Positions 28,436-36,403 of a stretch of 64,000 nt of DNA are shown here, piece after piece (position 1 is the first letter of the stretch; every line of letters begins with the position of its first letter). The stretch comes from Limisphaerales bacterium. Lineage in GTDB: Bacteria; Verrucomicrobiota; Verrucomicrobiia; Limisphaerales; JAJOIW01. Under the pieces are notes generated by a model. The model saw only the letters and a list, made by a program, of their open reading frames with translations, was not told where the DNA came from and made no database searches. The translations under genes were made by a program, and so were the position numbers. The stretch covers positions 341,520 to 405,519 of the forward strand of contig CBFHOE010000003.1 of NCBI GenBank assembly GCA_965657355.1. Direction: 5' to 3'.

Positions 28436-30481
28436 ATGCCTAAAATTCAAGAATGGATTTATCAGCTGGAGGAGGGTCAATTTGGCCGAGTGTTTCAAAT
28501 TGTAGTCGTCGGCGTTGCGCTGCTAGTACTTGCTGTCATCTTCCATCTTCGAGAATATACAAATCTATCCCATCCTTCGGCAATGGATATGGCACAGGTT
28601 GGAAGAAGTATCCAACAAGGCGAGGGATTCTCCACTAAAAATGTGCGTCCCTTCGCCATTTACATGGTGGATCGTCAGCACGTCAAAAAGAATAGAAATT
28701 CTACCAGTGGCTCTGGCAATGAGGGAAATGAGAGTAAGCTGGCCCAAAGCGCTGGCTCTCAGGATTCCTTTCCCGCCAGTCAAAAATTTTTAAGTCAGGA
28801 AAAGTTTCCTGACCTATCGCACCCACCTCTTTATCCACTCTTCTTATCAGGTCTCTTCAATATATTGCCCTTCGACCACAATTTAGACCTAAACGACAAT
28901 AATTCATTCATAGCTGGTAAATTCCGATATCAGCCTGAAGTGCTTTTGAGTATTGTGCAGACTTTCTTCCTTGTTCTTGCTGTCGCTTTGACCTTTCTTG
29001 TCGCTTTTCAACTATTCGATGGCCGGGTCGCTGCCCTCAGCGCAGTGGTCATGCTTCTGCATAACTATTTTTGGAGTTCCATTTTTTCTGGTTTGCCAAC
29101 TTTGATTCTTGTCAATCTGACCTTATTGCTTGGATTTTTCCTTTCCGTTGCCGCTGGGAAGTGGGAGAGCCTCGCCAACGAGTTGGCTTCGCATCTGCCT
29201 GGGGCGCCACTGGAGCTTAAAGAAGATTTCATTCATTCAATTATCCTCATGACCTTAGCTGGATTGGTCATGGGGATCGGCGGGCTCATAGATTATTGCT
29301 ACCTATGGTTAATCGTTCCCACTATTGCTTTTGCTATTTTCTGTGCGCCTCGTTGGAAGATTGCTTTATCTGTAATTCCCCTCTGCGTTGCCATGCTCGT
29401 CATGGCTCCATGGTTTATAAGAAATATGGATCTCACCGGTAACCCTTTTGGTATTGCTGGCCATTCAGTCTTCCAATCGACTCAGGCCTTTCCCTACAAT
29501 TCGTTGGACTCACAGCTTTCCCCTGACTCCGGTGCCTTTACCATCGAACTTATCGCCAAAAAGTTTGTTGCTGGATTGGGTGATTCCTTAGATAGAGCTC
29601 TGGGATCTGTTGGGGGCCTGATGGTCGTGGCATTTTTCCTGGTGGGCTTATTCCTCCCTTTCAGATCAGCTAAGTTAAACCATTTAAGGTATTGGACGCT
29701 GGTTTCTTTCGGGATTTTGATTGCTGTCAGTTCGCTTGTTTTTGTGAACTATGGTTCGATGGATACCATAGCAACCCCTTATGAATTAGCTTCCTGGCTT
29801 AGTCCATTTATTGTCATATTCTCTGTGGGGTGCTTTTTTGTGGTCACGGATCAAATAGAATTAGAGCTCGTCCCTATGAGAAGAGTTTTCCCTATCATTT
29901 TTGCATTATTGGCTGCCTTGCCATTGGTCTGGACTGTTTTACCGCCTAGCCGACTGACGGCACTTCCATTAATGAATACACCAGGTCGGATTTCGCCCTC
30001 TGATTCAGCTATAGCTCCGTATGACATTTTCAAAATGCAATCCATTGGGTCGTGGTTTAGAGGGGGCTCCTCCTCAAATGATCGCCAAAATTCTGACGAG
30101 ACACAGGCCTTGGGTGCTCAAGCTAAGGCGTCTGAAATGATTATGACGGATATGCCCTGGGCATACGCTTGGTATGCGAACAAACCTGCTTTCGCCATAG
30201 CTTCAACTCAAAGGGAAGAGTCCATAATTCACCTTGGTCTCAGAAGAGTGCATGGTCTCTATTTAACAGAAATGTCTTTGATGAAATCTTTTGACGAAGT
30301 CTTTAGTATCCGCAATGGCGGTTGGTCAAATCTCATCCAATCGATTCTTTTGGAAGGCAAAGCCCCCAATGACTTTCACATGATACACACCCCATACTTG
30401 CTGAGGACTAAAACTAAAGAAGGGTATCCTATGCTAGCCAATCAAATATTTTTGGCATCCTACCCCAGATGGCCATGGTAG
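28436..30481 (+). CDS. Multi-TM membrane protein, probable GT-C (ArnT/PMT-like) glycosyltransferase
   Basis: AMDMAQVGR first-loop motif, HPPLYPLFL, PWFIRN...GNPF, about 12 TM helices, and MTDMPW...WY in the C-terminal periplasmic domain. Confidence 0.7.
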   Translation: MPKIQEWIYQLEEGQFGRVFQIVVVGVALLVLAVIFHLREYTNLSHPSAMDMAQVGRSIQQGEGFSTKNVRPFAIYMVDRQHVKKNRNSTSGSGNEGNESKLAQSAGSQDSFPASQKFLSQEKFPDLSHPPLYPLFLSGLFNILPFDHNLDLNDNNSFIAGKFRYQPEVLLSIVQTFFLVLAVALTFLVAFQLFDGRVAALSAVVMLLHNYFWSSIFSGLPTLILVNLTLLLGFFLSVAAGKWESLANELASHLPGAPLELKEDFIHSIILMTLAGLVMGIGGLIDYCYLWLIVPTIAFAIFCAPRWKIALSVIPLCVAMLVMAPWFIRNMDLTGNPFGIAGHSVFQSTQAFPYNSLDSQLSPDSGAFTIELIAKKFVAGLGDSLDRALGSVGGLMVVAFFLVGLFLPFRSAKLNHLRYWTLVSFGILIAVSSLVFVNYGSMDTIATPYELASWLSPFIVIFSVGCFFVVTDQIELELVPMRRVFPIIFALLAALPLVWTVLPPSRLTALPLMNTPGRISPSDSAIAPYDIFKMQSIGSWFRGGSSSNDRQNSDETQALGAQAKASEMIMTDMPWAYAWYANKPAFAIASTQREESIIHLGLRRVHGLYLTEMSLMKSFDEVFSIRNGGWSNLIQSILLEGKAPNDFHMIHTPYLLRTKTKEGYPMLANQIFLASYPRWPW

Positions 30482-30803
30482 TTAGGTCTCTGATAATCTT
30501 TGAAAATCGACGCTCAGCCATCGGGGTGTCCGCTACCCTTTCCGTCAGATCAGTAAATACCTCAATAAATTGGCACGGTCGGGTTGAAAATGGCCCCAAA
30601 TAGCATAAAATTAATCGAAACCAATAAAAATACTGGATTTTATCATGTCATGACACCGGTAGCCTCATTTGGCTCAAAAATTAAGCGTCCAATGCTGTAG
30701 TTTATAGATTTCTGTTTGACATGGACCTCTTCACTGGATTATCAATAATAACACACAGATGCGATCTGGAATGCCAGATTTTCAGGATTTAAAATACTAG
30801 ACT

Positions 30804-32045
30804 ATGAATAAGGTAATTGCCTCAACAGGACTGTTAGTAATCGGAGCTACCAGCCTCCAGGCCCAAGAAGCGTCATTCGATAATGCCAGTGATGCCAAGC
30901 CATGGAGTATTGGAGCTGTCGTTCGCGGTTTCTACGACGACAACTCGCTCAACACTAACTCAAATGAAATCGAGTCCTTCGGGATCGAATTTGGACCAAG
31001 CTTAGCTTACGACACCTCTTGGAACGGTGGTGCCTCCAGGGCTGAAGCATCATACGACTACAGATATAGATGGTATGAAGCTGAGGCACGTAACGAAGAT
31101 GACCAATACCATATCTTCAACATTGACTTTGATCATGACGTATCGGAAAACATAAAAGTTTCCGTCGACGAAAGACTCGTCATTACTAACGAGCCCACGA
31201 TCCTTGACCAGAACGTTGTCACGGCTATTCGTCTCAGACAAGACGCACTAAGAAATACCTTCAGCACCCGAATCGATTGGGATTTTGCTGACACACTATC
31301 CGCAGGCGTCAGCTACGCAAATAGATATTATAACTATGAGCAAGCTCTTTTCTCTAACCTTCTCGACAGGACTGAGCACCTCATAGGAGTTGACGGTCGC
31401 AAAGCACTCGGTAACCAAAAAACTGATGTTGTGCTCGGTTACCAATATGGAATGGTTGATTACAATGGTGACACCATCGTCCGTCAAGGCCTAGCACCTA
31501 TTTCTTCATCCACCAGGGACAACGATTCTCACTATATTTTCACCGGCGCTGATCACCAATTCAATCCAAATCTCTATGGAAGCTTAAGAGCTGGTGCCCA
31601 GTTCGTGGACTACAGCAACGCGGTAGGCGGTGATACATCCACAACCAGTCCGTATGTCGATGCTAATCTCACATACAATTTTACTGATGCACAAACCATA
31701 TTCGGAGTTCGCCATGCGCGAAATGCTACTGATGTTTCTGGATTCCTAGCGGCTCCGGTTCTCGATCAAGAGACCACCACGGTTTACGGAGCTTTGCAGT
31801 ATAACTTCACAAGTAGCATCGTGGGAACTGTCAACGGGCAGGCTCAATTCTCTGAGTTCAATGGCGGTAGTTTCCAAAACGCAAATGAGAACCTCTACAT
31901 TCTCGGTGCGACTCTAGGTTATCAATTGAATGCCAACCTATTGGTTGAAGCGGGATACACCTACACTGACCTGATCAGTGATGACATTGGCGGTCGTGAC
32001 TTTTCACGTAACTTTATATTCTTAGGCGTAACAGCCACCTATTAA
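30804..32045 (+). CDS. Outer-membrane beta-barrel protein associated with polysaccharide export (BBP2/EpsX-like)
   Basis: Signal peptide, alternating amphipathic strands, YDDN motif near the N-terminus, C-terminal BAM signal NFIFLGVTATY, and position directly upstream of wzc and OPX. Confidence 0.8.
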   Translation: MNKVIASTGLLVIGATSLQAQEASFDNASDAKPWSIGAVVRGFYDDNSLNTNSNEIESFGIEFGPSLAYDTSWNGGASRAEASYDYRYRWYEAEARNEDDQYHIFNIDFDHDVSENIKVSVDERLVITNEPTILDQNVVTAIRLRQDALRNTFSTRIDWDFADTLSAGVSYANRYYNYEQALFSNLLDRTEHLIGVDGRKALGNQKTDVVLGYQYGMVDYNGDTIVRQGLAPISSSTRDNDSHYIFTGADHQFNPNLYGSLRAGAQFVDYSNAVGGDTSTTSPYVDANLTYNFTDAQTIFGVRHARNATDVSGFLAAPVLDQETTTVYGALQYNFTSSIVGTVNGQAQFSEFNGGSFQNANENLYILGATLGYQLNANLLVEAGYTYTDLISDDIGGRDFSRNFIFLGVTATY

Positions 32046-32077
32046 TATTTTAATTCTGATTTTAATCTGTGTTAATT

Positions 32078-32107
32078 AAAAGAGCCGGTTAGACCGGCTC
32101 TTTTTTT
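32078..32107 (+). terminator. Intrinsic terminator after the beta-barrel gene
   Basis: AAAAGAGCCGGT-tag-ACCGGCTCTTTTTTT: a perfect stem followed by a U-tract. Confidence 0.9.
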
Positions 32108-32251
32108 ATTTTAAAGCTATTGAGAGGAAGTCCATTAGCAGGCACTCAGTCACAAAATTCTATCTTTCTTTTGAAAAATATTTTTGTTTTCTGTCACAAT
32201 TATTCTGTGCTACCTTCTTGAGGCTGGATATGATCTAGCCTCTTTTTATTT

Positions 32252-34471
32252 ATGGAAAAGTTCAAAGCACCAGAGGAATCGCAGGATAAGCTTCATTTTC
32301 TGGATTATTGGAGAGTCATCCGAATCCGTAAGGCTATCATATTTACAGTGTTCTGTATTGTTCTCTTGTCCTCAGCGATTTTCACCAACTTCATGCCCGA
32401 GAAGTTTCGGAGCTTTGCAAGAATGGACATTCAGAAGGATGCCCCCGACATTGGCACTTTTGAATCATACAGTTATAGCGGAATGGGGTTTGATCCATAT
32501 TGGATGCAGACTCAGTTCGAAATCATCAAATCGACCGCTGTCCTTTACCCTGTCATCTATGACCTCAATCTGCAGCTGAAGTATGGAGAAAAATACGGTG
32601 ATGGAACGGAAATGAAGCTGGATACTACTTACAAGATCCTATCTGGTTCTGTAAGTCTTTCTCAAACTCGTAACACTTCGATAATCAAGGTTTCTGCCAC
32701 AACGTATGACCCGGACCTTGCTGCCGAGATTGCCAACAAAGTTGTTGAAAAATATAAGCTGTTTAGGACGAATAAGCAAAAATCAGCAACTGGGCGGGGC
32801 CTAGAATCACTCGAGGGAAAAGTGAGCGAAGTTCAATCTGAGATCACCCAGCTGGAAGATCTCATCGCCAAAATCAAAAAGGAACAAAATATTGATGACT
32901 ACAGCAGTAGCGAACTCGATGCTTTTGTGCTCACAGAGGATCCTGGAACTATCCAGGTCTTGGCTCGTGAGGAGGCAACCGAGAAACGTGTTTACCTCAG
33001 TAGTAAGCGATTATACGACCAACTTTTAGCCCTAAAAGACCAACCTAGAAAGCTGCAAGAAGTTGTCGAGACAGTTTCCCCTGACGTACGTCTTACACAA
33101 TTGTTAACCGATGCCTCTGTTTTGGAAACTCAATTGGCCGGGGACAGAAATCGATTTACTGATGACCATCCAGATGTGAGGAGAGGGGAAATAATGCAAG
33201 AAAGTATTTCTTCCCAAATAATCCGAAGAATTGATGGTATTGTTGAGGGTTATAGAGTTCGTACAGACGAAGCAAAGCAAAAATGGGATTCCACGACTCA
33301 GGAATTAGAAAATTACAAAGAGGTGATGAGAATGCGCAACACAAAGTATGCAGGCTACATCACCGCCAAAAGAGACCTTGCGAGAGAAAAGAAAATTTTA
33401 GACTCCCTCAAGCTAAAAATTGCTCAGGTTCAAATAGATAATAGTATTGAACGTGAGAGTGAGGTATACCCTATCGATCCAGGCATCGCAGACACAAAAC
33501 CTGTCAGTCCGAGCTGGCCACTCAACCTCATACTCGGCGGAATAATCGGCTTCACAATTGGTGTAGGTCTTGCCTTCTTCATTGAATATCTAGATACCTC
33601 GGTCAAAACCATTGATGATGTTGAAAGAGCATTGCAAGCGCCCGTATTGGGAGTTATCCCACAAAACGTGGGTGCTATTATTGAAGAAGGTCCTGACAGT
33701 CCTCATGCTGAAGCATACCGCGTCTTGCGCACTAACCTTCTTTTTTCCCGGAAAGACAAAAACGCCAACACGTTTTCGGTTGTTTCTGGTGGAGCCGGTG
33801 AGGGTAAGTCGACAACTCTTTTCAATTTGGCAACTATTTTCGCTCAAAACAATGAGAGAGTTTTAGTTGTGGACTCTGATTTACGACGCCCTTCCATTCA
33901 CAAGATCATGGGTATCTCCAACTCTCTTGGGCTGACCAATTATCTATTAGGGCAGAATCCTTTGGAAGAAGTCATCCAGACCACCAAGATCCCCACTTTG
34001 GACGTCCTGCCATCAGGTAAGCTACCATCCAGCTCAATGGGCATATTGAACTCCCCGCAGATGAAGGAGCTCGTTGAAATACTCGGAAAAAGATATGATT
34101 ACGTTTTCTTTGATTCCCCACCAATCATGGGTATCAGTGATGCTTCAGTCTTGGCTTCTCTCGTCGGCCACACCGTCCAAGTTATCCAATACAGAAAATA
34201 TCCGCAGGCCATGACAATTCGAGCTAAGCAGCTCGTCCAAAAGATTTCCAACAACCTAGCGGGTGTCGTTCTCAATAACATCAACATGTCCCAGGATTCG
34301 GATTACTACTACTACAGTGGTTATTATTATGACTATTACTATTCCAGAAACGAGGACTCCAATCCGGACGCCAAAAAGAACAAAGGTAAAAATGGCAAAC
34401 CGGCTAAATTGTCGAGTGGCTCTCGTTCAGAGAAACCGGGATCTGTTTCAGAAATAAAACAAAAGTATTGA
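32252..34471 (+). CDS. wzc: Polysaccharide co-polymerase / BY-kinase (Wzc family)
   Basis: Two TM helices flanking a coiled coil, EAYRVLRTNL, Walker A GAGEGKST, DSDLRRP, FDSPP, and a C-terminal Tyr cluster. Confidence 0.93.
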   Translation: MEKFKAPEESQDKLHFLDYWRVIRIRKAIIFTVFCIVLLSSAIFTNFMPEKFRSFARMDIQKDAPDIGTFESYSYSGMGFDPYWMQTQFEIIKSTAVLYPVIYDLNLQLKYGEKYGDGTEMKLDTTYKILSGSVSLSQTRNTSIIKVSATTYDPDLAAEIANKVVEKYKLFRTNKQKSATGRGLESLEGKVSEVQSEITQLEDLIAKIKKEQNIDDYSSSELDAFVLTEDPGTIQVLAREEATEKRVYLSSKRLYDQLLALKDQPRKLQEVVETVSPDVRLTQLLTDASVLETQLAGDRNRFTDDHPDVRRGEIMQESISSQIIRRIDGIVEGYRVRTDEAKQKWDSTTQELENYKEVMRMRNTKYAGYITAKRDLAREKKILDSLKLKIAQVQIDNSIERESEVYPIDPGIADTKPVSPSWPLNLILGGIIGFTIGVGLAFFIEYLDTSVKTIDDVERALQAPVLGVIPQNVGAIIEEGPDSPHAEAYRVLRTNLLFSRKDKNANTFSVVSGGAGEGKSTTLFNLATIFAQNNERVLVVDSDLRRPSIHKIMGISNSLGLTNYLLGQNPLEEVIQTTKIPTLDVLPSGKLPSSSMGILNSPQMKELVEILGKRYDYVFFDSPPIMGISDASVLASLVGHTVQVIQYRKYPQAMTIRAKQLVQKISNNLAGVVLNNINMSQDSDYYYYSGYYYDYYYSRNEDSNPDAKKNKGKNGKPAKLSSGSRSEKPGSVSEIKQKY

Positions 34472-34506
34472 GTCTAAAAAATTTCTAAATAAATTATTTT
34501 GATCGC

Positions 34507-35091
34507 ATGGATTTTAAGGTGATGAATTTTCGAGCTATATTTCATTTTTCAGCCCTCGTTGTGTTGGCTGCCGGGCTCATTGGGTGCCAACCCGTCCCAG
34601 ACAGCCCACCCCATATTCCTAATCTTTACCTAAAGACTGGTGATACGATTATCATCCAATACGGCGGGGTAGGAGCTCCTCCCAGCTTTACAACAAGAGT
34701 CAACAGTGATGGAACTATTTCTCCACCTCCCAGTGAGATTGGCTCTATTAAAGCCCAAGGCAAGCGGGTTGGAGACCTTGAAAAAGAGCTTCAAACAAAA
34801 ATAAACGCCTACTATAAGCAATTGGTTGTCAATGTTGAGGATGTTCGATACATCTATGTTTCTGGGGAGGTCAATATGGAAGGCAAGATCCAAAATTCAG
34901 AGGATCTTACTCTTTTGAAAGTTATCTCCGCAGCCAGAGGTTTCAACAACTTTGCCAACGAGAAAAAGATATTGCTCATCAGAGAAGGAAAGAGGTATTA
35001 CCTGAACGCAGATAAAGCGCTTTCCAATCCAGCTTACGATTACCGCATTTATCCCGGAGATCAGATCACTGTTGAGAGAAGAATCTTCTAA
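34507..35091 (+). CDS. Short OPX (Wza-like) polysaccharide export lipoprotein: Poly_export + one SLBB domain
   Basis: Lipobox LIGC, LKTGDTI...VNSDGTI, YVSGEV...G and IYPGDQITV. It is only 194 aa long. Confidence 0.88.
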   Translation: MDFKVMNFRAIFHFSALVVLAAGLIGCQPVPDSPPHIPNLYLKTGDTIIIQYGGVGAPPSFTTRVNSDGTISPPPSEIGSIKAQGKRVGDLEKELQTKINAYYKQLVVNVEDVRYIYVSGEVNMEGKIQNSEDLTLLKVISAARGFNNFANEKKILLIREGKRYYLNADKALSNPAYDYRIYPGDQITVERRIF

Positions 35092-35093
35092 TC

Positions 35094-35504
35094 GTGTATC
35101 AGCTCAGATGTCTAAATAGGAAAAACACCCGTAAAGGGCACGATCAAATTTATAGTCTCGAGAACTCCCAAAACATTGGGAGTTCTCCTTTTTCTGACCA
35201 TGGCATCAAAATCAACGACGCCAGTCTCTATGGTCAACACTGCAGGATTTTCAAAAATAAGAATCAATGGATCGTCGAGGCATTAGATGCCCCCTCTATC
35301 GGGGTGAACGAAAAAAACGTTTCCAGATCAGAAATTCATCCAGGTGATTTGCTGGAATTTGGCGACTTCCTGCTGCAATTTGAAATGTCTCCTCCTTTGA
35401 GGAAAAACGTATTTTTCGCTGATAATATTTGGATTTTCTGGGCATTTTTTGCCATTACCCTTCAAATCCTGATCGTTATTTTTCTTGAATTCGTTACGAA
35501 TTAA
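35094..35504 (+). CDS. FHA-like domain protein with a C-terminal TM helix
   Basis: IG...I.I.D...HCRI...VN...IHPGDLLEFG pattern, and a hydrophobic C-terminus. Confidence 0.65.
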   Translation: MYQLRCLNRKNTRKGHDQIYSLENSQNIGSSPFSDHGIKINDASLYGQHCRIFKNKNQWIVEALDAPSIGVNEKNVSRSEIHPGDLLEFGDFLLQFEMSPPLRKNVFFADNIWIFWAFFAITLQILIVIFLEFVTN

Positions 35505-35540
35505 TCCATAACCAGACATTCTGATTAAGAGTCGTATATT

Positions 35541-36305
35541 ATGTTTAGGCCCTGCATAGACCTGCACCAAGGAAAGGTAAAACAAATAGTCGGTGGGACA
35601 CTTTCTGATAGCTCAGGAAAAAGCGACTTAAAAACTAATTTTACAAGTGAAAAGCCTGCTGGCTGGTATGCTGATTTATACAAACATGACAGACTTTATG
35701 GTGGCCACGTCATTATGTTAGGGCCTGGTAATGAACAAGCGGCTATTGAAGCTCTCGCCGCCTTCCCTGGCGGTCTCCAAGTCGGAGGAGGTATAAACCC
35801 AGAAAATGCACTAAATTATTTAAGGGCCGGAGCTTCCCATGTGATTGTGACCTCGTATTTATTTTCAGGAAGGGTGTTGGACAGAGAAAAACTCCATCAA
35901 ATCTCCAGTAAGGTTGGTAGGGATAATCTTGTGATAGATTTAAGTTGTCGTCGAAAAGGTTCTGATTATTTTGTAGTGACTGATCGATGGCAGACATATA
36001 CGGACGCTGTTGTTAGGGAAGGGTTGCTGAGTGATTTATCTCAATACTGCGCTGAATTCCTTGTGCATGGCGTTGACGTAGAAGGATTATGTCAAGGAAT
36101 TGAATTGGACTTAGTCCGCCTTCTGGCTGCCCATTCACCGATTCCTGCCACATATGCCGGTGGGGCACGATCTCTTGATGATTTAAAGCTTGTTTATAAA
36201 GAGGGACATGGAAAAGTTGGTCTTACCATTGGCTCCGCTCTGGACATTTTTGGAGGAAATGGAGTGCGCTACAAGGACGTGCTCGCTTTCCAAAAAAATC
36301 TCTGA
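35541..36305 (+). CDS. hisA: ProFAR isomerase, eukaryotic (His6) type
   Basis: FRPCIDLHQGKVKQIVGGTL, GHVIMLGPG, LQVGGGI, DLSCR, EFLVHGVDVEGL and TIGSALDIFGG. Confidence 0.92.
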   Translation: MFRPCIDLHQGKVKQIVGGTLSDSSGKSDLKTNFTSEKPAGWYADLYKHDRLYGGHVIMLGPGNEQAAIEALAAFPGGLQVGGGINPENALNYLRAGASHVIVTSYLFSGRVLDREKLHQISSKVGRDNLVIDLSCRRKGSDYFVVTDRWQTYTDAVVREGLLSDLSQYCAEFLVHGVDVEGLCQGIELDLVRLLAAHSPIPATYAGGARSLDDLKLVYKEGHGKVGLTIGSALDIFGGNGVRYKDVLAFQKNL

Positions 36306-36403
36306 AATATTTGAGTGGGACTCGAAGGGCGTCTTATTTACACATTTGACGTCGACATGGTTTCTCCACAATAAAAAGTACAATTTTCAAATGGGTAAGA
36401 TTC

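Noticed and set aside
30570..30588. TTGGCACGGTCGGGTTGAA as a sigma54 promoter for the barrel gene
   Set aside because: The -24 element is perfect, but there is no GC at -12. The TTG is shifted by 2 bp, and sigma54 spacing is strict.
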